In this document: one piece after another, positions 10,870 to 22,939 of the stretch
Layout of the letters: each line of letters opens with the position of its first letter
How positions within the stretch are numbered: the stretch's first letter is position 1
Position numbers and translations under genes: made by a program
The notes under the pieces: generated by a model
What the model saw: the letters and a program-made list of their open reading frames with translations, nothing else
What the model was told of the DNA's origin: nothing
The model's database searches: none
Assembly (NCBI RefSeq): GCF_001194135.2
Contig: NC_068992.1
Coordinates: forward strand, 14,581,853-14,645,852
DNA from: Octopus bimaculoides
Lineage: Eukaryota
DNA length: 64,000 nt
Direction of reading: 5' to 3'

Positions 10870-12060
10870 TAAAAACTTGGGTGACAAAAGAAATTTTAAC
10901 ACAGTTGTCTGATTCATATTTTTGTCTAACATCAAAAAGATATTTCATAGAGGATAACCTTGAGCGTGCACTCCTTTCAATGTAGTTTATCTTCCACCAA
11001 ACATTACTGTTTTGTTTTAACCCAACAATCAGGATGTAATTTCCGCTATTAAGACCTATTACTTTTATCAAACTTTGAAACAACTTGTTGAAGAAACAAA
11101 AGGTCAAAACAGACGATTTATAAGTGACTTAAGTGACTTTTGAAAATGATCTGGTATCATGAAAACCATGGAAAACATGATAATAAAATGAGAAGAAACT
11201 TTGACCAGAAGTGTGCAATGACTTTTTGTAACTTGATGAAGAAATATAATTTTATCAGCATTATTAACGGTACTGGAGAGATGGTTATCTAAAGGATAAT
11301 GCAAAATGCCAATCTGGAAGATCTGAGGAATGGTAAGAGTTTTTTTGTTGAAGAGTAGTGGGAGCACTCCGTCGGTTATGACAATGAGGGTCCCAGCTGA
11401 TACGATCAACGGAACAGCTTGCTCGTGAAATTAACACACAAGTGTCTGAGCAATCCACAGACACGTGTACCCCTAAATGTAGTTCCCAAGGAGATTCAGC
11501 ATGACATAGAGTGTGACAAGGCCGGCCCTTTGAAATATAGGTACTACTAATTTTTGCCAGCTGAGTGGACTGGAGCAACGTGAAATAAAATGTCTTGCTC
11601 AAGGCCACAACGCGTCACTGGGAATTGAACTCATGACCTTAAAATTGCGAGCCGAATGCCCTAACCACTAAGCCACGCGCCTGAAGAGTAGTAGGGTTAG
11701 CATAAAAACTCATTGAAAATTAGGTTGAAGTCTTTACTATAGAACCAACATCACAAGAAAGAGTTGTTACTATTGAATTTGTTGGTAACAGCATCCCCAA
11801 GATCACAGGAATCATTGACCAGTTTATTGAGAACGGTTCTGACTGGGAACACAGTCTCAAGATGAAGGGATTTGTTCTTGAGAGAAGGTATCAGAAAATG
11901 CAAACTGCATTAGATTCTTCAAAAAACATTCTTTGAAAAGGCCAATGGAAAACAGATTATAGCAGCGACTCCATCTAAGAATATCTGAAGAAGGAATTTT
12001 ATTCCGAAATATTATCAGACTATGGATAACTAAACTACAACAGGTAGATAGTCCATTTTT
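10870..12060 (+). mobile_element. pogo/Tigger-type DDE transposase remnant interrupted by a SINE
   Basis: VYLPPNITVLF*PNNQDVISAIKTYYFYQTLKQLVEET (compare LPPNTTS.LQP.DQGVI..FK.YY), then DQFIENGSDWEHSLKMK after the SINE. Many stops. Confidence 0.75.
11360..11681 (-). mobile_element. tRNA-derived SINE (family A tail, CORE-like middle) with 11-bp TSD
   Basis: TSD TGAAGAGTAGT at 11349-11359 and 11682-11692. The middle reads GTTGTGGCCTTGAGCAAGACATTTTATTTCACGTTGCTCCAGTCCACTCAGCTGG on the minus strand. Confidence 0.9.
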
Positions 12061-12199
12061 TTTTTGTATTATAGTGCCTTGTTGTACCATTCAAAACTTT
12101 TTATTCTTTACAATTAAAAACTGTTGATTGGAATGTCATTCCACTTATAATCTATTCTCTTTTTTCTCATTTATGCATCTCAACGGAATTAATAGTGAT

Positions 12200-12620
12200 A
12201 AAAATCCAAATTTATAGGTAAAAACTCAATTATATATATAATCAAAATAAGTAACAGGATATCAAGAAGTGATGCAGTACGACCGTTTCAAGTGGCTTCA
12301 TTTAACTGAACAATGCAATCATTACATCAATTTAAATGCAAAGCTATCATCAGCTGCACAAGTAAATAGAATTTTAATCAGTTGGATACATTAATATAGT
12401 TTTTCTCAAATGTTTTAACTGAGCAAGAAGATGGAAGAAATTCATGTCGTCGCTATTGTAGCTAAGAATAGACTACACTTCCAAGAAAGGCACGACGCCC
12501 ACTGGGGTCATAGCTTGTAAAGGATTGTGGTTCATTTCTAATTTGTCTTTTTATCAACCACTGAATCTAAGACTAGAGGACTGTGTCTGTTTTGAATAAA
12601 GGACAAGAGTGAGTTGGCAG
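12200..12620 (-). mobile_element. Penelope-like element 3' remnant
   Basis: Frameshifted SYDPSGRR..C..LE...SILSYNSDDM resembles the PLE endonuclease C-terminus (PY...RC.LC..EK..IL). It lies just upstream of the hammerhead-like motif. Confidence 0.45.
12272..12359 (-). ncRNA. Hammerhead ribozyme-like motif with 6-bp stem I and extended stem II
   Basis: Minus strand: GTGCAG-CTGATGA-(long stem GCTT..CATTTAA/TTAAATG..AAGC)-GAAAC-GGTC-GTA-CTGCAT. Confidence 0.65.
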
Positions 12621-12849
12621 CTCATGGTTAGGTATGGTCATAAACATTGTCGAGACATTAGGAGTAGTAAGTTGTGCATAGAGTAACTAGAAATATAAAT
12701 ATATAGTTAAATTTGATGTCTGGCACCCATGCCAACGTCGTCACCCNNNNNNNNNNNNNNNNNNNNNNNNNNNNNNNNNNNNNNNNNNNNNNNNNNNNNN
12801 NNNNNNNNNNNNNNNNNNNNNNNNNNNNNNNNNNNNNNNNNNNNNNATA

Positions 12850-14700
12850 TATATATATATAGCTTCAGCTCATAGAATAAAAAAGAGAGGGAGGGAGGGA
12901 AAGAGGAGGCATATAAGTGTGTTTGTGAGGGAGAGAGAGGGAGGAGTAGTATATAAGTGTGTGTGTGTGTGAGAGAGAGACAGAATGAGAGAGAGTAGAA
13001 AAGGTGACGAGAATGACAATCAAGAAAGAGAGAGGGAGAGAGAGAAATGTAAGTAAATGATAGAGATAGGGTGTTAGAGTGAGAGAAACAAGGAAGGAAA
13101 AGAACTATTGCGAGAGTGAAGTCGTTAGTCATTTTTTTTTTATGGTTGTAGGTGGTGTAGTATGTATACATGGAGGAGAGAGCTGCATCGAGGAATATCT
13201 TGTGTTTAAAAAACAATTATTTCATATACATTGGAAGCGAGAGAGCGAAAGAAAGAAGGAAAAAAAAAATCAAACGGCAAGCAAAGGCAAAATAATATTG
13301 GATAAAGGTAAGCGGTGATTGTTGATAATTTTTGCAGTAGTTAATTGCTGAAGACGTAGATAAACAGGTTGTATGTTGAATCACACAAAAAAAAGTTTGC
13401 AAGCAAAAGTGCCGACTGATTTTATCCCGGTGAAATAACTACACTTTGAACAAACACTTTTTTCTCCACCTCCTCCTCCTCCTCTCACTCTTTTCATTTC
13501 ACCACCTTGCTCTCTCTCTCTGTCTCTCTCTCTCTGTCTCTCTCTTACTTTTGCAGTTGGTTTTTTACGCTTATTTTCTTCTCTTTCTCTCTCTCTCTCT
13601 CTTTATTTGTTATTTTCCCTATGTGACGTATATCTATTTTTTTTTTGTTCAATCTCTCTCCCTCTGTCTCTCATTATTTCATTCAACCACTCACTTCTAA
13701 TCTTTCTTCCTATCTCATTCTTCCCCCCCTCTACTCTTTCTTTCTCTATTACACCTCGCATCTCACCCCTACCTCACCGCCTCTTTGTTACCCCCGTCTC
13801 TGCTATCCTATTTTTCCTCTTCTCTTTAAATCACCTCCCTCCTCGTTTTTATTTTTGCGTACCTCATTTTCACTCTCATTATTCTTTTGTTTCCCTCTTT
13901 TTTTTCTCTCACAGCTTGCTCTCTCTCTCTCTCTTTAACAATTACTATATATCTCTTTCTGGTCATGTTTGTCTCCGTTTCTCCTTCAATTTCATTCCTA
14001 CTCTCTAATGTCAATTCTGTAAGCAGCTCCCCACTCTTGTATGGACAACCACACATATACACATTCTCCTTTTGTACCTCTCATACTCTAAGTGTGCGAG
14101 TGTGACTATATTACTGTCTCGCACTCCCATATGACATATGACAGTTACACACTCGTTTACAAACACGCACTCCCTGTTCAGTCTTATGCAGTCTCTTCTA
14201 TAATGTACAGTCATCTATATACACAACCTCTTTCTCACATTCTCATACACACATCCCCCGAAACCCATTTTCTTTCTCATCGTATATTATAGTCCGTGTA
14301 CAGTCATACAAACACATCACTATATATATATCTCTCTCTGTCTTTCACGATGTCTAACAACATTCTAACACTGAAACGGACACATTTTCCCTTGCTTTCT
14401 CGCATAGTTTATTTTTCGGTGTGAAGTCACTCATACATAAAAAAGGACACAGGAGATTCACTTAGCTTCCTTACATCTTAATCTGTCTACAGTCATTCAC
14501 ACACATGCGTTCGTACATAAACACATTCCCAACCACCGCCTCAATGTCTCAATCTTAACACACATGTACACACACACACACCCTTTCTTTCTTACATATG
14601 GACAATCTCTCTCCTGTATTTCTCTCTCTCACACACACACACACGAGCAACCCTACAACTACATGCATTAATCTCTCTATTCTCTTCCGCATACGTAAAC
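12850..14700. repeat. GA-rich, then CT-rich, then CA-rich low-complexity tracts
   Basis: (GA)n at about 12880-13090, (CT)n-rich at about 13470-14010, and (CA)-rich at about 14050-14680. Confidence 0.8.
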
Positions 14701-14990
14701 ATATTGATGGTTCTTCAGCATTGATTTCATAGGTAAATATGAAAGAACAGCGACAATATTTATAACATTACCATTCTACCGGCCACTACAACCACCAACA
14801 ACAGCAACTCCATCACCATTAAAAACAATTACAACAATAACATCCACAATAACAACCAATATTACGAGCCCGGTCTTTCCAACAGAAGCTAAATATCTAT
14901 ATAAAAAAAAATAATAAAAGAACTCTCTTGAAAACAAAAGGTTTAATAACTGCTTCAAGAACATACATACTCCCCTCTCTCTCTATACTA

Positions 14991-15057
<67 letters not shown>

Positions 15058-15093
15058 TACGTATAGTGATTTCCCAATTTTAAGACTACTTAC

Positions 15094-15178
15094 ATGACAT
15101 ATTGACCATCTTCCTACTCTAATCATAAAAGAATATATACAACTTAGAATCTGTGGATTCTCTTCAGAAGGAATACAC
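15094..15178 (-). other. Candidate 85-nt spliced exon (function unknown)
   Basis: Minus strand: acceptor TTTGTTTTTCTCTTGAGTAG|G and donor CAT|GTAAGT. One frame is open (CIPSEENPQILSCIYSFMIRVGRWSICH). I recognise no homology. Confidence 0.3.
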
Positions 15179-15257
15179 CTACTCAAGAGAAAAACAAACA
15201 CATACACACTCACACACGCATATATTATACATATACACTGATAGATACATATACATA

Positions 15258-15288
<31 letters not shown>

Positions 15289-15435
15289 AGACATCCGCCC
15301 CAACCAGAGAGCCACCAAAACATAAAGATGGGAATAAACAATGACAACAATAAGTACTTCAATAACAGGATATGGAATTTATTGGTTGTATCAGGAAAAT
15401 GTATAACGAAAAAAATTAAGTGTCCCTGATATAGC

Positions 15436-15498
<63 letters not shown>

Positions 15499-15619
15499 GT
15501 ATATGTCTGTATTCTTTAGATTTTTACTGAACTGCTTTTGACGGATATTTTAATTTCATAAGGAAGAGACCAAGGCAGCACACAAAGGTATTATTATTGT
15601 TACATCTATTTCCATTGTA

Positions 15620-15725
15620 TGCATGTATATCTATCTATCTATCAGTCTGTCTATCTGTCTGTCCATCTGTCTGTCTCTCTGTCTATCTATCTATCTATCT
15701 ATCTATCTCTGTCTGTTTGTCTATT

Positions 15726-15760
<35 letters not shown>

Positions 15761-15761
15761 T

Positions 15762-15840
<79 letters not shown>

Positions 15841-16060
15841 TTGTCTGTCTGTCTATTTGTCTCTGTCTATTTGTCTGTCTGTCTATTTGTCTGTCTGTCT
15901 ATTTGTCTGTCTGTCTATTTGTCTATCTGTCTATTTGTCTATCTGTCTATCTGTCTATTTGTCTATCTGTCTGTCTGTCTGTCTATTTGTCTGTCTATTT
16001 GTCTCTCTGTCTGTCTATCTATCTATCTATCTATCTAGCTCTCTCTCTCTCTCTCTATCT
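15620..16060. repeat. (TCTG/TCTA/TTTG)n microsatellite, about 440 bp
   Basis: Directly visible. Confidence 0.95.
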
Positions 16061-16544
16061 AGTTTGTAAATGGAAATGTGAGTTGCTTATCCTCTAAAGT
16101 TTGTATAAAATGAAATATGGTAATAATTGTATTTTTGCATTTTTAAAAATATTTATATTTATCACAAAATCCTTGCTCAGGGTCATTGCTGGATCCTGTG
16201 GTCAATAGAAACCCTATAATTATTTTAATTGTCTATATGTCTATCTATTCATATATTTATGTCGTGTGTGTGTGTGTGTATTTCGATATATGGTTTCTGT
16301 TTTAATGAGTTGCCATTCTCTCTCTCCTTTTCATGTTCTCTTCTTTAAAGAACACACTACAAGTCACTTTATAAAACTTTTATCTTTGCTTCGTTCGCTG
16401 ACATTGGCAAGATACATGGAATGGATTAGAAAAAGATAAATTGATTTATAGATAAACAGACAGAACGGATCGATAACGACAAGAGGGCGATTGATAGAAA
16501 AAAAAAGTGATCACTAAATAAAGCTTCAAACCAACTCTATTCAA

Positions 16545-16720
16545 CAGACCCGCTAGAAATAGCAGTGGAACCCCTCCCCATAAATCATCCTACCGTCTTG
16601 AAAAGGAAGGACATTGTAGATAATATAGTCCTAGATGCACTATGCCTGACATAGTCGAGAGTGGAACGCCCTTTAGCATAGGTTTGTCAATTAGGAATGA
16701 CCTGCAGACTGAAAATGTTT
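16545..16720 (+). repeat. Dispersed repeat family E (CTAGAAATAGCAGCC...GGACA..GGATAATGTAGTCCTAGATACAC). Other copies at about 17380-17520(-), 20385-20500, 25380-25520, 33495-33560, 35300-35470, 45270-45400, 58390-58560, 58950-59080(-)
   Basis: The same motif string recurs at least 8 times in both orientations. Class undetermined. Confidence 0.7.
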
Positions 16721-18459
16721 CTCCATAAACTATAAATTCTTGGCGGTTTCTGTGTGTCATTATGTTGGTAATTTACTACTTCTTCTAGCTCTCTCTCATA
16801 TATAAATAAAGTGTGTGGGTTTTATTATTGAGTTGCCAGTTCATAGTTCGTGGGTTCAAATCCGTCGCACGTGTTTATAAACTTGACACTTTTAATTCTA
16901 CGTCGCTTCAATTCACTTAGTTTGGTTGCATGTATTTTGAGCAAAGTTAATTGCGATGGTCTAAAGATTGAGGTGCAACATTTGTTGTTCAACTCGCCAA
17001 TAGTTTGCGAAACAGGATTTTTATCTTAATGTTTATTATATGCGAAAAGATTGACAAAAGGTGGAGAAGGCATCATAATTGTAACGATTCTTGTGGTTGT
17101 GCTTAAGACTAGTGCAAGATTTTTGACTTGGTGTATGTAGCCTGAAGCTATATACTAAGTTTGGAGTCCCACTTTTTGTCAGGATTAAAAAATATTATAC
17201 TATAAAGTCTCACAAAAATTGAAACCATATGCCTTATAAATTATTTAGAGGTCCCTACGGATTGTAAGGCTTCCGGGCTCTTGTTTAGCTTGTGTTTAAA
17301 TTCAACAAGGAACACTGATTATGGACTCTGTAGGTACGTTTATTAAATTATTGTAGTTCTTTATAATCTTATGGCGACACTGATTCAGCAGAACTATGGG
17401 CAAAGCTCTTCTAGCCGTGACCATTACATTCTGTTTCTGGTTATACTTTATTTTGGATAGTAGGGTGTGCTTTGATTGAGAGAATTGGCTGCTATTTCTA
17501 GCGGGTCGAGCGACTATTTAAATGTTTCGTTATGTTGGATCACGTAAATAAAGTGATACGTAGAATGATTTCAACTATGGCATGTTGTTTGGACCCAGGA
17601 CAGCTCTGTTCGAACTGTTTGTATATCAGGGATTATCTAATCATAAATGTGTTCTTCCCACACATTTTTTCTTTTTTTTTCGTAAAAGGTTTCGGGGAAG
17701 ATTTAGCTGCTATTTCTGCAATACCAACGACTACACAGTGGGTCTCTCTTCGGTTCGAGGTATCGAAAGTAAATCACAAAGCTGATCGTCTGAGATTTAG
17801 ATTTTTATATATATATATATAGTATATATATAATGTCGTACACAGTTGATTGATCACAATGTGGGTGGTATATATATATATATATAAATATGTGTGTGTG
17901 TGTGTGTGTGTGCGTATACACGTGTGTGCATGTATCTATATATGTATATGTGTGTATAATACGGTAAATCAGTGTATGATGTATGTATGTATGTATGTAT
18001 ATGAATGCGTGGTGAATCAGCCTGGCATCAGCAATGATGCTTAAACCAAACCAAAGGAATTAGGATACATAAGACACATTTTCGTGAACAAGATCCTTTG
18101 TAACACTAACGCCCACAAATATTCTTTCTTTGTAAACTATAAATCAAATGTATATTAAGTTTTTTTTAATATTTTATGAAAACAAATAACTTAGACATGC
18201 AATTATTTTAACCAGTAATATTAGAAATACCAATGATATTTAAAATCATTAATTTTTTTCTTCTCTATGAGGAAGCCGTATTTACCAAATTACGGTAGAC
18301 CTAGTGACATAGTTGTGTAGCTTCGAGTTAACTCTAAATGCATAGAAACTTCAATGAAAAACATTGCAGCCGTGCAATCCTGTCGGTATTTCTTTTAGTT
18401 TTATATAGGACTATTTTAACCAGTGTGTGTTTCTTTTAAGTTTTAGATGATAAAGTTTG

Positions 18460-18900
18460 TTGGGGGGGGGGTTATCTGGCTGTTATTTCTAGCAGCGGAT
18501 TCCCCATCAACGTTGGTTCGTTGACATAATTGTGGTCGCGGGCAAGGGAGATAAGTGAATTGCTATATCCGTGTTTCTTATTATCTCCCCTGTTGTCCAC
18601 TTTCTTTTTCTCTTTCTTTTTATTTCCTCTTTTTCCTCTTTCTCCCCCCTCTCCCATTCTTTTTCTCTTTATTTTACTTTCTCTCCCTCCCCCCACTTGT
18701 CTTTCTTTTCTTTATTCTACCCTGTCTAATTAACCAACTATTTTTAGCTTTTGATATATGTCATTAATAGTGGCGGGCGCCAAAAGTGCAGCGATCGCTG
18801 TCAAGTAGAGATAAGCTACTCGGCTGACCAAGTCCTCGGCTGGCTTTGGATTGCCGGCCACCGGTCAAAGCCGTTTTAAGTTGTTAAGAACCTTCCGACA
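18460..18900. promoter_or_regulatory. CpG-rich non-repetitive segment with E2F-like and GATA motifs; candidate promoter or enhancer
   Basis: TGGCGGGCGCCAAAA at 18771-18785 contains TTTGGCGC on the minus strand. There are four WGATAA sites within about 350 bp and many intact CpGs. Confidence 0.3.
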
Positions 18901-19299
18901 TTCATGAATACCACACATTCTCATTTCTCTCTACACTATCATAAATTCCGGTTCATTGTGATTATTGGAGAAATGGTGTCTTTGAGATGAAGCATGGCTT
19001 ATTACAACTTGTTTCGCAAAGACTGCATTAATCGCTGTGGGGGTGGTGTAATGTTCTACGTTTATTCAAACTTTTTGACAAATTCTTGCAATGATCTGAA
19101 ACAATCGCGAAAAGAGATATTTTTCTGTATAAACATGTCAGCATTTCTACTTGGGAATTGCTGACCGTCTCCTAAACTACCGCCAAGACGCAGCTTTTTG
19201 ACATCTTTAGAACTTCATCGAGAAAAATAGCCACTTATTTTTTCATTGCTAGTGACTCCAATTAACCTGTGACTGATTGGGAAACTTTTCGGTGTCTGC

Positions 19300-20150
19300 A
19301 AATAGCAAGTAATTTCCTCAATTTAGTGCTGGATTTGAGCTGGTCCCAAGTAGTCCACCACAAGAGGTGACAATGCTTTGGATCTGCTCTTTTACTACTA
19401 CTACCTCTGAGACTTATTAGTGTCACTACTGTGGAGCCTTTAGGGGACTCTGATCATGTTATAATCATTGTATAGCAACCAACCCTAATAGCAAAGTGTT
19501 TTGAAAATATGTACATGCGAAGCAGAGACCTCATTCTATAGTTGGCCCTCTTTGTAACTCCCCTCACAGATCAGATTACTGATAATCCCAAAGAATGCGC
19601 AGCACTTATTGTTGAATGCTATGCCAGCATTTTTACTGTTGAAAATCCAAACGTACCATCTTCACCACCTCTGACATCAAATTCTATAACATCTGTGAAA
19701 TTTATGCCTGCAATACAGTGATGCCACCTCAAGAATAAGTGCAATTGTGCCTCTCGTTGTCTTGATGGTATTACTTACCTGCTTTCCAAACATGTCGAGT
19801 TCTTTCTTTTGCACCAGTTTTCATTCTTCTTTCAATTCTGCGTTAATAAGTGTGTCACTCCATTGCAGTGGAAAATTGCCAGTGTCACTCCTCTATTCGA
19901 AATGGGTGATCACACATCAGATGTCAACTCCTATTCAGTCAGTCTTGCTTGCTGCATCGCAAAACTGATGGAATCCCGTGTCAGAGAAACACCCTGGAAT
20001 TTCTGGAACTCACTCAATCTTATTCAATCCTCACAGTTTGGATTTATCCCTAACCCCAGTTGCTGTAGCCAGCTCATCAAGTTTCTTGAAGACATCACCC
20101 AAATTACTGATGGTGGCTCATGGGTGGATATTATCTATCTTGACTTTTTA
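19300..20150 (+). mobile_element. CR1-group LINE fragment (endonuclease C-terminus and RT N-terminus, internally deleted)
   Basis: TTRGDNALDLLF, then EPLGDSDHVII, then PLQWKIASVTPLF...SYSVSLACCIAKLMES...SQFGFIPNPSCCSQLIKFLEDIT...VDIIYLDF. Confidence 0.85.
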
Positions 20151-20274
20151 AAGCCTTCAATTTTGTGGGTCGATTAAATAAGTACCAGTTACGCATTGGT
20201 TTCGATGTAATTGACTTAAACCCTTTGTCCTTGTTTGTCCCTTCTATGTTTAGCCCCTTGTGGGTAATACAGAA

Positions 20275-20278
<4 letters not shown>
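20150..20278 (+). mobile_element. SINE family C, 3' half
   Basis: GGGTCGATTAAATAAGTACCAGTTACGCA...TTAGCCCCTTGTGGG, matching 40690-40933. Confidence 0.75.
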
Positions 20279-20311
<33 letters not shown>

Positions 20312-20517
20312 GAAAATCAGATCTGTCATTGAATAAAGGTCACTTCTTACACCGCATAAGTGAGCCCCTATGGAGTAGTTTGGCATGTTAGAAATAGCAG
20401 TGAAATCTTCCTCAGCTCAATTAAGGAAAAAACACTGGATAATGTAGTCCTAAATACACATAAAAACGAATAGTCATGCTCGGACTTCTTTTCATTATAG
20501 GCCCCTTAGGTTTTTTT

Positions 20518-20598
20518 CTGAAGAGATTTTGCCTAGTATAATGATTTTAATAATTGCTGTTTAATCTTTTAGGCTTAATTGAAACAGCTGTAAGGGAC
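20518..20598 (+). ncRNA. Hammerhead-like motif, stem I degraded
   Basis: CTGAAGA-GATT.TT.GCCTA...TAGGC.TT.AATT-GAAAC-AGCT-GTA-AGGGAC. Stem I pairs mostly by G.U wobble. Confidence 0.45.
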
Positions 20599-21552
20599 TA
20601 TGTTTGATTTTTGCAGATAATAATTTTTTTTACTAAATGCTATATCTCCATTTTCTTACTTTCTTTTGAATGATTATAAACGATGGTTTATATATAAACC
20701 TATTGTTTTATGAATATTATTATTCACAACAACTATTAGGCATTGAACCAGTAATTCATTGGATGATACCATCCCTTAATGAGACTTATTTAACATCTAA
20801 TTGAATATATATATATATATATATATACGTATATTAGAAATAGAAAATGACAAGCAAAAGATGTGGTGTGACTTAAAAGCTTTTAATTTATAATCTAAAC
20901 ATAACATAGAGTAGTTATTATAAATAAGCCTCCAAAGTCTCTTAGCTATTTACTATAACTACTCTGCACAAGATTTGAATTATAAATTAAAGGCTCTTAA
21001 GTCATACCACATGTTTTGCTTGTCTATTCTCTATATTTAATATGTAATATATAACTACCCGCTCTACAGTGAACCACTTCCAGCCATCTTTGCTAGTCAG
21101 CCTTAAAACCANNNNNNNNNNNNNNNNNNNNNNNNNNNNNNNNNNNNNNNNNNNNNNNNNNNNNNNNNNNNNNNNNNNNNNNNNNNNNNNNNNNNNNNNN
21201 NNNNNNNNNNNNNNNNNNNNNNNNNNNNNNNNNNNNNNNNNNNNNNNNNNNNNNNNNNNNNNNNNNNNNNNNNNNNNNNNNNNNNNNNNNNNNNNNNNNN
21301 NNNNNNNNNNNNNNNNNNNNNNNNNNNNNNNNNNNNNNNNNNNNNNNNNNNNNNNNNNNNNNNNNNNNNNNNNNNNNNNNNNNNNNNNNNNNNNNNNNNN
21401 NNNNNNNNNNNNNNNNNNNNNNNNNNNNNNNNNNNNNNNNNNNNNNNNNNNNNNNNNNNNNNNNTATATATATATCTATGTATATGTGTATATATATATC
21501 TATGTATATCTGTATATATCTATGTATATATGTGTGTATGTATATATATATA

Positions 21553-21583
<31 letters not shown>

Positions 21584-22459
21584 GCATATATATATATATA
21601 TATACACACATATATATATGCATATATATATATATATGTATCTATATATATATGTGTACATACATATGTATGTATGTATATGTGTTTTTTGTGTTGCGTT
21701 TTTCCCTGTTCTTGTTTGACAGTTGGTGTTGTCCTGTTTAGATCCCTGTAATGTAGCAGTTCAGCAAAGGATACCAAGAGAATCGGTGCCAGGCATGAAA
21801 ATAAGTAGTGAAAAAATACTGGAGTCGATTTGTTTCAAGGCAGTACCTTTATCTGTCCCTGCAGTGCAGTGATTAAAACTTGAATGAAAAACATAAAAAA
21901 CACAAGATCCTTTTTGTGAAGTGGGGTGGTGGTGGTGGTGGTGGTGGTGGTAGGGGGTAGGGAGTGCAGTGGAGTAGTGGAGTAGTAACAGACCCTGGTC
22001 AAAGTGGATTGAGAAGAGAGTGGGGCTGAGGAGGGTTTCAAGCCTTGGACCAACCTGTAACATGATATACTTGGCCTAATAGCATCAGTTGAAGTGTCTT
22101 AGATGACCTACTTCTGACCAGCAAACAAGACTTCACAACCACACACACACACACACACACACATACACACAAGCATATACTCACACATGACTACAGTTTT
22201 ACACCTACTTAACCTCAATATCCAAGCATGTATAGACTAACACACTCATGCATACACATCTATGCTTATAAGTACCCAACACTATGTATGACGTTCTAGT
22301 ATTTCAGTCTACATACATAGCCAGATATACTTGGAGCTACATTCATATATGCAATTATACACATACAAAAAAATATATGCTTGTAAGTATATGTCCAGGT
22401 GCATATTTGCAAGTGTTAATCGACGCTCTCACATAAATGTGTGTGTGTGTGTGTGTGTT

Positions 22460-22495
<36 letters not shown>

Positions 22496-22807
22496 CATAC
22501 ATATGTACATACATATATAAAATTAATAAAAACAGCTGTTTGCAACGTTATACCGCAAAAGAAAATTATAGTCATCAACTAAACTTGACTAAGGATGTGG
22601 ATAATACCTATATTGCTAGAAATAGGAGCTAAAATGCTCCAATGCTTTTACAAAGCACGTAACATATATTCTGATAGGGGCTGCAATTGCCCTGAACACC
22701 GAATCGAGAATTTCTTAAACTGACAGGTCAGTTTCGGCTATTGCCATAGCCATCTTTAGTAAGGCCAGCTCATTCGGTTAATTCTGGGTTACCTTGGTAT
22801 ATATGTA

Positions 22808-22930
22808 CAGTAATCCCTGGATTATTACAGGTGTTATGTTCCAAAATTCTCCACGATAGGTGAAAATCCACAAAGTAGAAACAGTACAGTAATGTATATT
22901 TTTTTAATTATTTTTATAATTGGTATAAAA
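22808..22930 (+). mobile_element. Tigger-like MITE left end
   Basis: TA-CAGTAATCCCT...GATAGGTGAAAATCC..AAGTAGAAACAGTAC, matching the left end of 41176-41639. Confidence 0.65.
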
Positions 22931-22939
22931 AAAAGCGAA

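Noticed and set aside
19775-19790. Minus-strand CAG|GTAAGT donor
   Set aside because: It lies inside CR1 coding remnant sequence and is likely chance.
21990-22100. LLSPTLFSIHFD, resembling RT motif B
   Set aside because: It is too short, with no flanking RT motifs to support it.
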